DNA of 64,000 nucleotides from Massilia sp. (GTDB taxonomy: Bacteria > Pseudomonadota > Gammaproteobacteria > Burkholderiales > Burkholderiaceae_D): assembly GCA_045810485.1 (NCBI GenBank), contig JBJMVU010000090.1, positions 11,293 through 75,292 on the forward strand, written 5' to 3'. The position numbers were made by a program, and so were the translations under genes. Of this stretch, positions 8,501 through 17,634 are shown one piece after another (the stretch's first letter is position 1; each line of letters opens with the position of its first letter). The notes under the pieces are model-generated. The model searched no databases and had not been told where the DNA came from. It worked only from the letters and a program-made list of their open reading frames with translations.

Positions 8501-10330
8501 GGTGGCGCCGGCATACGTGTACGCCGTCAGGTCGCCATTGCCGGACTTGAAGACCGGCGGGCTCAGCAGGGTGCTGGACTGGACGTTGATGTGGTCGATG
8601 TCGACCGTGGTGCCGGCGCCGGTGATGGTGAGCGGCAGGTAGTCGGGAAGGTTGACCGGCGCCACCACATAGCGCCACTGGCCCCGCGTATTCGGCAACG
8701 CGAGCGCATTGCCGTTGACGTCCATCATGGCCTTGCCATCGGTCCGGATGCGTAAACCGATGTTCGGGACGGTGGCCCCGTTGTAGCTGTACACCACGAT
8801 GCGCGTGCCTTCCGGCGAGGCCGTGCTGCGCACATACCCGGTCGAGCCTTCGGTCTGCGCCACCGTCGTGCCGGCGAGCGGCGTGAAGCGGTCTTCCACT
8901 TCACGGTAGGGGTCGACGATCGGGATGCCCAGGTATTTGCCGCCTTCCGCTTCGGCGGCCTTGGGAATCGTCAGCCAGAAATCGCCGCCGCCGTCGGCGC
9001 CGTCCCAGTTGTACGCCTTGCGCTTGGCGTAGATCGTCGTGTAGCCCGGCGAGACCTGTTCCAGGTCGATGCCGCGCACGTATTTGTAGTAATAGAAGGC
9101 TTCCCAGGTGTTCTGGCTGAGCCGGCCCCGGTACGACTGCGACACGCTGGTATACATGGCGCGGATGCTGCCGTCCGGGTTGACGCTCATGGCGACGGGC
9201 ACCCAGGGAATCTCGTAGCCGATCATGAATTTGCCGAACAGTTCGTGGACGGCCAGCAGGCGGTCATCCATGAACTCGTACGGGCCGACGGCGTCCGACG
9301 CGGTGGACGGCGTACCCGCCACCGGATCGACCTTGGTGCCCTGCGACATCATCATGCGCGCCAGGATCTCCGAGTTGGTGAGGTCGCCGGCGCCGTGGGC
9401 CTGGTCGCGTCCCATTTCCACGTGCTGGATCTGCGGCGGAATCGCCTCACCGGTGGCGTCGTTGCGCGTCACCGTCCGGAACATTTGTTTGATCGATCCG
9501 GTCCAGGCGGGGTCGGGGGCATCCTTGTTGACCATGAACCACTCGACGGCCGTGTTGTACCCGTCGCGGTCGCCCATGAAGATGGAGCCGGACATCTTGG
9601 CGATGGTCGTGTACAGATGCTGGTTCATGAACCGGCAATTGCAGTTGTCGAAGGTCTGGATCACCGGCGTGACCAGGTTGGCGGAAAACTTGACCGTATC
9701 GTCGTCCGTCCACTCGAGCGCCGGCGTCTGGGTGCTCGTGTAGCGCAGGATTTCCGCCGCCGCCGTCATGCGGCTCAGCGGGATACCCGTATGGATGTGC
9801 GAGTCGACGAAGTACACGTACCTGGACGGATCCATCTTCTCGTACAAGCGGATGATCCGCATGGCGTTGGCGCGATAGACGTCGTCGCCCGTCACGTAGT
9901 ACAGGATCGCCTGCGTGTAGGCGGTCAGGGAATCCGCGATGAACTGGCCGTTGGCGCCCTGGGAATCGATCCCCAGGATACGCGGCTGCGTCGGGTCGGC
10001 GCCGTTGACGTTCGAGATGCCCACCGTGCGCGACGCCTTGCCCGACTTGAGCATCATGTTGAAGTGGGTGTTCCAGGGCTCCTTCTTCGCCAGGACCTGG
10101 GCCCGCATGGTTTCCAGGGTCTCCTTCGTGAGCCCGACCCCGGGATGCCTGAAGCCGTTCGCATCGATCGATTCGCTGATGACCGGCTGGTAGCTGGTCA
10201 CCATGGTGTCGATCGGGTCCGCGGCCATGGCGACCTGGCCCGGTAAAGGTACCAGCGTCGTCGCGATGCCGACTGAAAACGCCATGCAGACGATGCGCCT
10301 TAACGCATGGTCGAATTTGAGTGCTGTCAT
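5570..10330 (-). CDS. Giant secreted multidomain glycan-binding/degrading protein (unassigned N-terminal catalytic-like domain, He_PIG Ig domain, 3 discoidin/F5-8 type C domains, chitobiase-type Ig domain)
   Basis: 1586-aa ORF starting at an ATG, with signal peptide MAFSVGIATTLVPLPGQVAMA. Discoidin-like repeats carry the motifs GSNDN..W and YRYIR. A putative Ig domain reads TVTYNIDNLPQGASFDTSTGAFSWKPTQAGTY. The C-terminal SGVSATYYKVDGG...HTVSYWSTDWAGN resembles a chitobiase/OmpL47-type domain. Confidence 0.8.
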   Translation of the reverse strand: MTALKFDHALRRIVCMAFSVGIATTLVPLPGQVAMAADPIDTMVTSYQPVISESIDANGFRHPGVGLTKETLETMRAQVLAKKEPWNTHFNMMLKSGKASRTVGISNVNGADPTQPRILGIDSQGANGQFIADSLTAYTQAILYYVTGDDVYRANAMRIIRLYEKMDPSRYVYFVDSHIHTGIPLSRMTAAAEILRYTSTQTPALEWTDDDTVKFSANLVTPVIQTFDNCNCRFMNQHLYTTIAKMSGSIFMGDRDGYNTAVEWFMVNKDAPDPAWTGSIKQMFRTVTRNDATGEAIPPQIQHVEMGRDQAHGAGDLTNSEILARMMMSQGTKVDPVAGTPSTASDAVGPYEFMDDRLLAVHELFGKFMIGYEIPWVPVAMSVNPDGSIRAMYTSVSQSYRGRLSQNTWEAFYYYKYVRGIDLEQVSPGYTTIYAKRKAYNWDGADGGGDFWLTIPKAAEAEGGKYLGIPIVDPYREVEDRFTPLAGTTVAQTEGSTGYVRSTASPEGTRIVVYSYNGATVPNIGLRIRTDGKAMMDVNGNALALPNTRGQWRYVVAPVNLPDYLPLTITGAGTTVDIDHINVQSSTLLSPPVFKSGNGDLTAYTYAGATIATTFDLSATDPAAGDTVTYNIDNLPQGASFDTSTGAFSWKPTQAGTYALVVEASDGTTVTTKRVTVVVGADRQAVVTAVTAPVKSDTLYVTATKAVYDSAYADLQAAIGSGTDTAYFQKLATLQTAVSGLRELTPLLKDGSMDYTNLLFKTNLATNFGSMAANGVDNNTDSFIAFTIALDSNRTMTLDFGPSFKVAATAFQIQPRTSFPERVGGVTIFGSNDNENWTRITPDETRGIEDVQTLNVQDNLRNQRYRFFKISMIDLLWSYNILELGEFRIFGTRYETVNKLTSVSLGSDQALKNRVVPGNTVKVSFQSSEPINNVSATIQGEPATLTTTDNLNWTATTVIKATTAPGPVKFLVNYKTADGAAAEPVLFPTDSSTVFIADQKDYIGNLLDIATVTDSNGRNATDVVTNVNRLFDSNLTSATDFRLNGSGNNGWVEFDFRGGGTVALSRVEVVGLQNQYSGRINGTVVQGSNDNATWTNISTFAGNTPEWQTLKIADTTPYRYIRMTNGNAWFGNMTELRLYGAAASTNKIATASLSSAQALRNRVVPGNTVKLTFTAKEAISNVTAMIAGLAATLSTTDNITYVATATVPQGTQQGPVKFAINYVTQDGKPGYQVTETTDSTALTLVDESDAIQNVPTIATLIDSTTNRNAATTLANVNALFDANLGTGSDFRNGSGGSGTGAWVVFDFKDGNQVSLTGTEVIGRQDQYFTRINGLVFQGSNDNATWTTLTPAAKSTADWQTLPVNSMVPYRYIRVYNPNAWFGSINEMRLHGTVHGADVTAPVTTATAPQGTVTTDATITFAATDNQGGSGVSATYYKVDGGAQQKGNAVTLNTSGTHTVSYWSTDWAGNNEAPRTVTVTIDKSVDVTASATIARSGLTVDRFTSKYTGTVTVTNASGQTLAAPLHLRLQGLTAGVTLDNQTGVKDGVPYIALPSALAPGQSVKLTTTFSNPSKAGISYTPLLFSIQ
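6146..7639 (-). repeat. Tandem in-frame duplication (2 units of about 248-250 codons: Ig-like + discoidin module) inside the giant CDS
   Basis: Unit 1 (7639..6896) begins NKLTSVSLGSDQALKNRVVPGNTVKVSF. Unit 2 (6895..6146) begins NKIATASLSSAQALRNRVVPGNTVKLTF. The units are collinear over their whole length, with roughly half the residues identical by eye. Confidence 0.75.
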
Positions 10331-10578
10331 ATCTGTCCCCTCATTTTTCTACCTCTTTCGTGTTTAGGTTACCGATAACATCTTGTGCCGGAGTCGGTGC
10401 CGGGAAATCGTCCCTGAACCGCCTCCAGAGGTTTTTAATGTATGAAATACGTCCAGACTTGGACGATATCGACCGCGCCGCCCCCTTTTTTGCTGCAGAT
10501 GAGATGGACAGGATGGTACGTTATCGATACCATACAATTGTAGACCTAATCTCAGCCGCCGCACACAAATTTTTAACC

Positions 10579-12237
10579 ATGTCCATCATCCGCAACCATG
10601 ACCTCTCCCGCCGGCGCGCCGCCGCGCTGTCCGCCATGCTGGTCGCCGCCGCCCTGACGACCCCTTGCCTGGCCGGGGAGGGCGTGGCCTGGGGCGACTG
10701 GACCGGGTGGGGCGACCTGGGCAACGGCCGCTACCGCAATCCCGTCCTGCCGGCCGATTACAGCGACCTGGATGCGATCCGCGTCGGCGACGACTATTAC
10801 GCGATCTCGTCGACCTTCCAGTTTTCTCCCGGGATGGCGGTGCTGCACTCGCGCGACCTGGTCAACTGGCGCACCGTCGGCCACGCGGTGTCCGACCTCA
10901 CGCAGATCTCGCCGGAACTGGACTGGAAGCGGATGAACCGCTACGGCCGGGGCATCTGGGCCGGCGCCATCCGCCACCACGCGGGCCGGTTCTGGATCTA
11001 TTTCGGCACCCCGGACGAGGGCTATTTCGTGACCAGCGCGCAGCGGCCGGAAGGCCCGTGGACACCGCTGCACCCGATGCTGCGGTCGGCGGGCTGGGAC
11101 GACTGCGCGCCGTTCTGGGACGACGACGGCAAGGGGTACTTCATCGGCACGCACTTCAGCGACGGGTACAAGATCCACCTGTGGGAAATGACCCCGGACA
11201 GCCTCGACCTGGCGCCGGGGACGGACACCGTCATCTACCAGTCCAAGGGCAGCGAAGCCAGCAAGCTGTACAAGTTCAACGGCGCCTATTACCACTTCTT
11301 CAGCGAAGTGCAGGGCGACGTGCGCGTGATGATGATGCGGCGGGCGCCGTCGATCCGCGGGCCGTGGTCGGAAAAACGCCAGCTGATGCGGGACGACCGC
11401 GCGGCCATGGAACCGAACCAGGGCGGGATCGTCCAGGGCCCGGACGGCAACTGGTATTTCTTCACCCATCACGGCAGCGGCGATTGGGCGGGACGGGCGG
11501 CGAGCCTGCTGCCGGTCCACTGGGTCGACGGCTGGCCGGTGATCGGGCAGCCCGACGCGGCCGGCATCGGCACGATGGTGTGGGAAGGCCGGATGCCGGC
11601 CATGAACGCCGTCCGCCAGTTCCCGCAAGGCGGCGACGATTTCGAGGCGCGGGCGCTGGCGCCCGTGTGGGAATGGAATTACCAGCCGCGCGCGGACAAG
11701 TGGTCGCTGTCGGAACGGCCCGGCTTTCTGCGCCTGCATGCGTTTCCCGGCCTGGACGGCGCCAACCTGCTCAAGGTGGGCAACGTGCTCACGCAGCGCG
11801 TCGTGCGCACGCGCGGCCAGTCGTTCGCCGCGCGTCTCGACCTGGCGGGCATGGCCGACGGCCAGCACGCGGGTCTCGTGCACTTCACGGCGCAGCCGCG
11901 CTCCAGCAATCCGGCCGAATCCACGGCGTCGGCGGGCATCGTGATGGAGGCGGGCAAGCGTTACCTGGAAGTGTCGCGGGATGGTGTCTACACGCGCCTG
12001 CGGCCGTGGACCTCGCGTGCGATCTGGCTGCGTTCGACGTGGGGACTGGACGGCCGAAGCACGCTGGCCGTCAGCGCGGACGGCGCGCGGTACGAGACGG
12101 TGCTGCCCGGTTTTTCATTGACCTGGGGCGCCTACCGCGGCAGCCGGGTCGGGGTGTTCACGTTCAATCCGGCGGGCGAGCGCGGGGTCGTGGATGTCGA
12201 CCGAGTAACGTATGTGATTGACAGCGCTCAGTATTAA
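10579..12237 (+). CDS. Glycoside hydrolase family 43 (beta-xylosidase/arabinanase-like) with C-terminal concanavalin-like domain
   Basis: The ATG at 10579 gives signal peptide MSIIRNHDLSRRRAAALSAMLVAAALTTPCLA. GH43 motifs are present: YRNPVLPADYSDLDAIRVGDDYYAISSTF, GIWAGAIRHHAGRFWIYF, EASKLYKFNGAYYHFFSE. Confidence 0.85.
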   Translation: MSIIRNHDLSRRRAAALSAMLVAAALTTPCLAGEGVAWGDWTGWGDLGNGRYRNPVLPADYSDLDAIRVGDDYYAISSTFQFSPGMAVLHSRDLVNWRTVGHAVSDLTQISPELDWKRMNRYGRGIWAGAIRHHAGRFWIYFGTPDEGYFVTSAQRPEGPWTPLHPMLRSAGWDDCAPFWDDDGKGYFIGTHFSDGYKIHLWEMTPDSLDLAPGTDTVIYQSKGSEASKLYKFNGAYYHFFSEVQGDVRVMMMRRAPSIRGPWSEKRQLMRDDRAAMEPNQGGIVQGPDGNWYFFTHHGSGDWAGRAASLLPVHWVDGWPVIGQPDAAGIGTMVWEGRMPAMNAVRQFPQGGDDFEARALAPVWEWNYQPRADKWSLSERPGFLRLHAFPGLDGANLLKVGNVLTQRVVRTRGQSFAARLDLAGMADGQHAGLVHFTAQPRSSNPAESTASAGIVMEAGKRYLEVSRDGVYTRLRPWTSRAIWLRSTWGLDGRSTLAVSADGARYETVLPGFSLTWGAYRGSRVGVFTFNPAGERGVVDVDRVTYVIDSAQY

Positions 12238-12284
12238 CTTGTCAACAAGGGACAAATAGTCCACACTTGGAAGTGTGATTATTT

Positions 12285-13322
12285 GTGATATTTCTTCTCG
12301 ACTACACCATGAGTGCCGTCTCGCTGGACGCGGCTGTACTGCTGGATATCATTGCCATCCAGACTGAAATCGCTTGCCAGGGCCTGGACCTGGGCGGCGT
12401 GATGCAGCTGGTCTGCCAGCGTGCCGAGACGCTGTGCCGCGCCGACGGCGCCGTGCTGGAGCTGGCCGAGGGCAACGAAATGGTATATCGCGCGGCGGCC
12501 GGGCTCGCGCGGGCGCAGCTGGGCTTGCGCCTGCAGCGGCAGGGCAGTCTGTCCGGGCTGTGCGTGGAACGCAATGAAATCCTGCGCTGCGACGACGCCG
12601 AGACGGATCCGCGCGTGGACCGCGTCGCCTGCCGCAAGGTTGGCCTGCGCTCGATGCTCGTCGTGCCGCTGCGCCATGAGAACCAGTCGGTGGGCGTACT
12701 GAAAGTGGTGTCTCCCCGGGTGAACGCCTTCGGTGCCTGGCACGCCCAGGTGCTCGGCCTGTTGTCGACGCTCGTCGGCGCGGCGATCTACCATGCGGTG
12801 CAAAACGCGTCGAACGACCTGTATTACCGCGCGACGCACGATGCGTTGACGAGTCTCGCCAACCGGGCGCTGTTCTACGACAGCCTGCGCCAGCAACTGG
12901 AGCGGGCGGCGCGGACCCACGGGAATATCGCCGTCGTCAACATCGACATGGACGGGCTGAAAGCGATCAACGACACCCTCGGCCACCGCGCCGGCGACGC
13001 CGCGCTGTGCGAGGTGGCCAGCCGCATCGGCGGCGCGCTGCGGGCGGAGGACGTGGCGGCGCGCGTGGGCGGCGACGAGTTCGGCGTGATCCTCGTCGGC
13101 GTGCGCGACCGGCACAGCGCCGCGTCCAAGTGCGATGCGTTGACGACGGCGATCGGCGCGCCGTTCGAATTCGAGGGGCGCGCGCTGCCGCTGGGGGCGA
13201 GCGTCGGATTCGCCTTGTGGCCGGATGATGGGGACGACTTGGAGCAGCTGATCGAGCTGGCGGATCGGGCCATGTATCGGGTCAAGCATGGGCGGCGTGC
13301 GGGCGTGGGTGGGGGCGCCTGA
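12285..13322 (+). CDS. GAF-GGDEF diguanylate cyclase
   Basis: The N-terminus is GAF-like (VLELAEGNEMVYRAAAG...LVVPLRHENQSVGVLKV). The GGDEF domain carries RVGGDEFGVIL. Confidence 0.85.
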   Translation: MIFLLDYTMSAVSLDAAVLLDIIAIQTEIACQGLDLGGVMQLVCQRAETLCRADGAVLELAEGNEMVYRAAAGLARAQLGLRLQRQGSLSGLCVERNEILRCDDAETDPRVDRVACRKVGLRSMLVVPLRHENQSVGVLKVVSPRVNAFGAWHAQVLGLLSTLVGAAIYHAVQNASNDLYYRATHDALTSLANRALFYDSLRQQLERAARTHGNIAVVNIDMDGLKAINDTLGHRAGDAALCEVASRIGGALRAEDVAARVGGDEFGVILVGVRDRHSAASKCDALTTAIGAPFEFEGRALPLGASVGFALWPDDGDDLEQLIELADRAMYRVKHGRRAGVGGGA

Positions 13323-13776
13323 CGGCCTTATTTGTCGTCGGGTTCGGCCCTGTCGCGCCCCGGAATTTGGAGCGGCGTGCAGGCGCCCTGACGCACCGGG
13401 GTGTTCGAAGCCTTTCAATTTGACGGGGATATGAATCGCGAACGTCGCGGTGAGATCGGTCATTCTGTCACGCTTCCGTCGGCCTGCAATGCGGTCTCGG
13501 ACTCGGGCTCGCGCGCGCCTCGCTCCGGGCGGCACTCGACGGCAGGACTTCGGTCTTGTCCGGCGAGATCGACGCGCTTGATGCGGACATCGCCGCATAC
13601 CGGAAGACCCTGTGCGCCGGCCTCGATGCGGTGGTTACGCCCGCCGCGCGCGCGAAGCCGCGTTTCTCGCGGTCGTCACGCCGACGGTGGCGCAGCGCAA
13701 GGGTGACCTGGCCAAGTTGGCGTAGACTCGAACAGGTCATGATCCACGAGCGGCGCCTCACATACATTCAGACGTA

Positions 13777-15174
13777 ATGTCCCAGTCAAAAACCATACAA
13801 GATGGCGCGCCGACCTGGCTGCCCAGGTTGAAGCCGCAAGCCGGTCCGCGTTTTCTCCAGATCGCGGATGCGCTCCAGCAGGCGGTCGCGGACGGGCGGC
13901 TGAACCCGGGCGACCGCCTGCCGCCGCAACGCCAGCTCGCGGCAGCGCTGGACGTCGACCTGACGACGGTCACCCGTGCCTACGACGAAGCGCGGCGCCG
14001 GCGCCTGCTGGAAGGGCGCGGCGCCCGCGGCACGTATGTGGCGGCCCCGAAGGTGGAGCTGACGTCGGTGCTCGACCTGAGCATGAACATCCCGCCGCCG
14101 CCCGGCGATGTCGATTTCGACGACCTGTTGAAGCAGGGCCTGGCGCAGGTGCTGATGCGGACCGACACCGATTTGCTGATGACATATCACCTGGGCGGCG
14201 GCGGCAGCGCCGACCGCAAGGCCGGCGCCCGGTGGATCGAACCGATGTTCGGCAGCGTGCAGCCGGACCACGTCGTCGTCTGTCCGGGGGCACAGGCGGC
14301 GATCGCGGCGCTGATTCTCGCGCTGACGGGGCCGGGCGACGTCATCCTGGCCGAGCCGACCAGTTACCCGGGCCTGCGCGCCGCGGCCACCCAGTTCGGC
14401 CGCCGCATCGTCCCGGTCGCGACGGACAGGCACGGGATGTCGCCGCAGGCGCTCGAAGCGGCCAGCCGCCAGCACGGCGCGCGGCTCGTGTACCTCAACC
14501 CGACGCTGCAGAACCCGACGACGGCCACCATGCCCGAACGGCGACGCAGGGAGCTGGCCGCAGTCGCGAAGCGCTGCGACGTGCGCATCGTCGAGGACGA
14601 TCCGTACTGGCTGCTCGCGGAGGCGCCGCCGCCGCCCGTCGCCACGTTCGCGCCGGACCGCGTGTATTACATCTCGACCCTGTCCAAATGCCTGACGCCG
14701 GGCCTGCGCATCGCGTTCGTGCTCGTGCGCGATTCGGCCGAGCGCGAACGTTTTCTCGCCGCCTTGCGGTCGTTCGCCCTGATGGCGGCGCCCCTGACGG
14801 CGGCATTGGCGACGCAATGGATCCTGGACGGCTCGGCCGACCGGCTGATGGAAGGCGTGCGCAACGAAGCGCGGCTGCGCCACCGGATGGCGCGCGATGT
14901 GCTCGCGGGACGCTACAACGGCGCCGGCGACGGGCTGCATGTATGGCTCGAACTGCCCGCCTACTGGCATTCGTACCAGCTCGCGAGAGCCGCCGACAAG
15001 GAAGGGCTGGCCCTGACCCCGGCCGAGGTGTTCGCCACCGGCGCCGAGGCGGCGAACGCGATCCGGATTTCGCTGGGCAGCGTCAAGGACCGGGCGCGGT
15101 TGCAGGCGGGCCTGCAGCGCCTGTCCCAGCTGCTGGCGCGGCGGCCGGACTCGTTCAGCGACGCGGTGGTCTGA
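13777..15174 (+). CDS. MocR/GabR-type regulator (GntR HTH fused to class-I aminotransferase-like PLP domain)
   Basis: N-terminal FLQIADALQQAVADGRLNPGDRLPPQRQLAAALDVDLTTVTRAY is followed by an aminotransferase-fold domain (YISTLSKCLTPGLRIAF). Confidence 0.85.
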   Translation: MSQSKTIQDGAPTWLPRLKPQAGPRFLQIADALQQAVADGRLNPGDRLPPQRQLAAALDVDLTTVTRAYDEARRRRLLEGRGARGTYVAAPKVELTSVLDLSMNIPPPPGDVDFDDLLKQGLAQVLMRTDTDLLMTYHLGGGGSADRKAGARWIEPMFGSVQPDHVVVCPGAQAAIAALILALTGPGDVILAEPTSYPGLRAAATQFGRRIVPVATDRHGMSPQALEAASRQHGARLVYLNPTLQNPTTATMPERRRRELAAVAKRCDVRIVEDDPYWLLAEAPPPPVATFAPDRVYYISTLSKCLTPGLRIAFVLVRDSAERERFLAALRSFALMAAPLTAALATQWILDGSADRLMEGVRNEARLRHRMARDVLAGRYNGAGDGLHVWLELPAYWHSYQLARAADKEGLALTPAEVFATGAEAANAIRISLGSVKDRARLQAGLQRLSQLLARRPDSFSDAVV

Positions 15175-15324
15175 CGCGTCGGCCCGGTCGCCCGCGAGAT
15201 CCACCGTGAGCATTCGTCATGAATTCGTAAACGGCAAACGGACCAGTCCCGAGACGGGCGGCACTGGCCGCGTGTTCCGCAGCGACGTCTCGCCCAAGTA
15301 CACCAGGTAGCGTCCGCGAGCGTT

Positions 15325-15338
15325 GTAAAACGTTTTAC
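15325..15338. promoter_or_regulatory. Perfect 14-bp palindrome GTAAAACGTTTTAC, LacI-family-type operator upstream of bglX
   Basis: The perfect inverted repeat is centred about 46 bp upstream of the bglX ATG (15378). It shares the AAACGTTT core with two sites upstream of the TonB receptor gene. Confidence 0.5.
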
Positions 15339-15377
15339 TTGAGGTTATATTGCACCGGATAACTCGGTGGAGACCAC

Positions 15378-17609
15378 ATGGAGAAAAAGCGGTTTGCGCG
15401 CACGGCCATCGCCTGCGCGCTGATGGCGCTCGCGGGCGCGGCGCGGGCGGATGTGAGCGCGCGCGTGGAAGCGCTGCTGCGGCAGATGACGCTGGAGGAA
15501 AAGGTCGGCCAGCTGAACCAGTTGTCGGGCAAGGATTTCAGCACGGGACCGGGTACCGACAAGGTGCGCGACATCGAGCATGACATCCGGGAAGGCAGGA
15601 TCGGCTCCATGCTGAACATCCGCGGCGCGGCCGAGACGCGCCGGGTGCAGGCGCTGGCGCTGCAGTCGCGGCTGCACATTCCGCTGCTGTTCGGGCTCGA
15701 CGTCATCCATGGCTACCATACCGTGTTTCCCGTGCCGCTGGGCGAAGCGGCGTCGTGGGACCTCGAGGCGATCGAGGAATCGGCCCGCATCGCGGCGCGC
15801 GAGGCGTCGGCCGCCGGCGTGCACTGGACGTTCGCGCCGATGGTCGACATCGGCCGCGACCCGCGCTGGGGCAGGGTGATGGAAGGCGCCGGTGAAGACG
15901 CCTACCTCGGATCGCGCATCGCCGCGGCGCGCGTGCGCGGCTTCCAGGGCCCGAAGCTGGGCGGACTCGAATCCGTGATGGCCACCGCGAAGCACTTCGC
16001 CGGCTATGGCGCCGCGACGGCCGGCCGCGATTACAACGCCGTCGACATGAGCGAGCACCTGCTTTACGAAACCTATCTGCCCCCGTTCAAGGCCGCGCTG
16101 GACGCGGGCGCGGCCACGTTCATGAACTCGTTCAACACGCTGAACGGCGTGCCGGCCACCGGCAACGCGATGCTGCAGCGGGACATCCTCAAGGGCCGCT
16201 GGGGTTTCACGGGCTTCGTCGTCAGCGACTGGGGCTCGGTGCGCGAAATGGTCGTCCACGGTTATGCGGCCGACCTGCCGGATGCGGCCGCGAAGGCAGT
16301 CACCGCCGGCAGCGACATGGATATGGAGAGCAGCGCGTACGCCTCGTCGCTCGCGGGCCTGGTGCGCGGCGGCAGGGTCGACGCGGCGCTGGTGGACGAC
16401 GCCGTGCGGCGCGTGCTGGCGAAGAAGTTCGAGCTGGGCCTGTTCGACGATCCGTACCGCTTCTCCGATCCCGCGCGCGAGAAGGCGGCGCTTGCGGATC
16501 CGCGCCACCGCGCGGCCGCGCGCCGGATCGCGGCGGAATCGATGGTGCTGCTGAAGAACGACGGCGGGGCGTTGCCGCTGGCGAAGAATGCGCGCTCGAT
16601 CGCCGTGATCGGACCGCTGGCCGACGCCCGGCGCGACCTCGAAGGCGGCTGGATCGTCGACTCGAACGCGGCGACGATGGCGAGTCTCGTCGACGCGGTG
16701 CGCACGCACGCGGGGCCGGGCGCGCGCGTCGCGTACGCCGCCGGCTGCGACGCGGCCTGCCGCTCGGACGCCGGCTTCGCGGCCGCCCTCGACGTCGCGC
16801 GCGCGGCCGACGTCGTCGTGCTGGCCGTCGGCGAAAGTTGGGACATGTCGGGCGAGGCGAAATCGCGCGCCCACCTTGGCCTGCCGGGCCGCCAGGCCGA
16901 ACTCTTCGACGCGTTGAAGGCGATCGGCAAGACGCCCGTCGTCGTGATCATGGCCGGGCGCCCGCTGATTTTCGAGAACGTGGCGGAAGGCGCTGGCGCG
17001 ATCCTGTACGCGTGGCACCCCGGCAGCGAAGGCGGCGATGCGATCGCGGACGTGCTGTTCGGCGCCGTGAACCCGTCGGCGAAACTGCCCATGACCTTCC
17101 CGCGCAACATGGGGCAGATCCCGATCGGCTATCAGCAATACCAGACGGGGCGCCCCGTGCTGAACGACGGGAACAGTGTCTACAAGTCCGCGTACATCGA
17201 TTCGCCGAACACGCCGCGCTACGCGTTCGGGCATGGCCTGAGCTATACGACGTTCGCGTACGGCGACCTGCGCCTGTCCAGCACGCGGATGGCGCCGGAC
17301 GGGAAGATCGCCCTCCAGTTCACGCTGACGAACAGCGGCCCCGTGGCCGGCGCCGAGGTCGTGCAGTTCTACCTGCGCGATCCGGTGGCCTCCGTCGTGC
17401 GGCCGGTGAAGGAGCTGAAGGGCTTCCAGCGCGTCGTGCTGGAGCCGGGCGAGCGCCGCACCGTCAGCTTCACGGTCGACCGCGACACCTTGTCGTTCTT
17501 CGACCGCAAGCTGGCGTGGGGTGCGGAGCCCGGGACGTTCGAGCTGATGGTCGGCAGCGCATCGGATGACATCCGCCTGCGCCAGACCATCGAACTGACG
17601 GGGCGCTGA
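15378..17609 (+). CDS. bglX: Periplasmic GH3 beta-glucosidase
   Basis: 743 aa with a signal peptide. GH3 motifs are present (GLDVIHGY, KHFAGYG, GFVVSDWG) along with a C-terminal fibronectin-like domain. Confidence 0.9.
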   Translation: MEKKRFARTAIACALMALAGAARADVSARVEALLRQMTLEEKVGQLNQLSGKDFSTGPGTDKVRDIEHDIREGRIGSMLNIRGAAETRRVQALALQSRLHIPLLFGLDVIHGYHTVFPVPLGEAASWDLEAIEESARIAAREASAAGVHWTFAPMVDIGRDPRWGRVMEGAGEDAYLGSRIAAARVRGFQGPKLGGLESVMATAKHFAGYGAATAGRDYNAVDMSEHLLYETYLPPFKAALDAGAATFMNSFNTLNGVPATGNAMLQRDILKGRWGFTGFVVSDWGSVREMVVHGYAADLPDAAAKAVTAGSDMDMESSAYASSLAGLVRGGRVDAALVDDAVRRVLAKKFELGLFDDPYRFSDPAREKAALADPRHRAAARRIAAESMVLLKNDGGALPLAKNARSIAVIGPLADARRDLEGGWIVDSNAATMASLVDAVRTHAGPGARVAYAAGCDAACRSDAGFAAALDVARAADVVVLAVGESWDMSGEAKSRAHLGLPGRQAELFDALKAIGKTPVVVIMAGRPLIFENVAEGAGAILYAWHPGSEGGDAIADVLFGAVNPSAKLPMTFPRNMGQIPIGYQQYQTGRPVLNDGNSVYKSAYIDSPNTPRYAFGHGLSYTTFAYGDLRLSSTRMAPDGKIALQFTLTNSGPVAGAEVVQFYLRDPVASVVRPVKELKGFQRVVLEPGERRTVSFTVDRDTLSFFDRKLAWGAEPGTFELMVGSASDDIRLRQTIELTGR

Positions 17610-17634
17610 CCGCTTCGCCCACCTTCAGGCTGAA

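Noticed and set aside
5756-8755. 999-aa plus-strand ORF antisense to the giant secreted protein gene
   Set aside because: The translation is an Arg/Gly/Ala/Val-rich low-complexity string with no recognisable domain. The opposite strand encodes clear discoidin and Ig domains. This is a typical shadow ORF of GC-rich DNA.
10321-10578. N-terminal extension of the GH43 ORF into the A/T-rich intergenic region
   Set aside because: The extension has no coding-like codon bias and precedes the obvious signal peptide that starts at the ATG at 10579.
12262-12277. Hairpin CACACTTGGAAGTGTG after the GH43 gene as a terminator
   Set aside because: The loop would be only 2 nt (an effective stem of about 5 bp), and the following tract is only moderately T-rich, so the evidence is too weak for a feature call.
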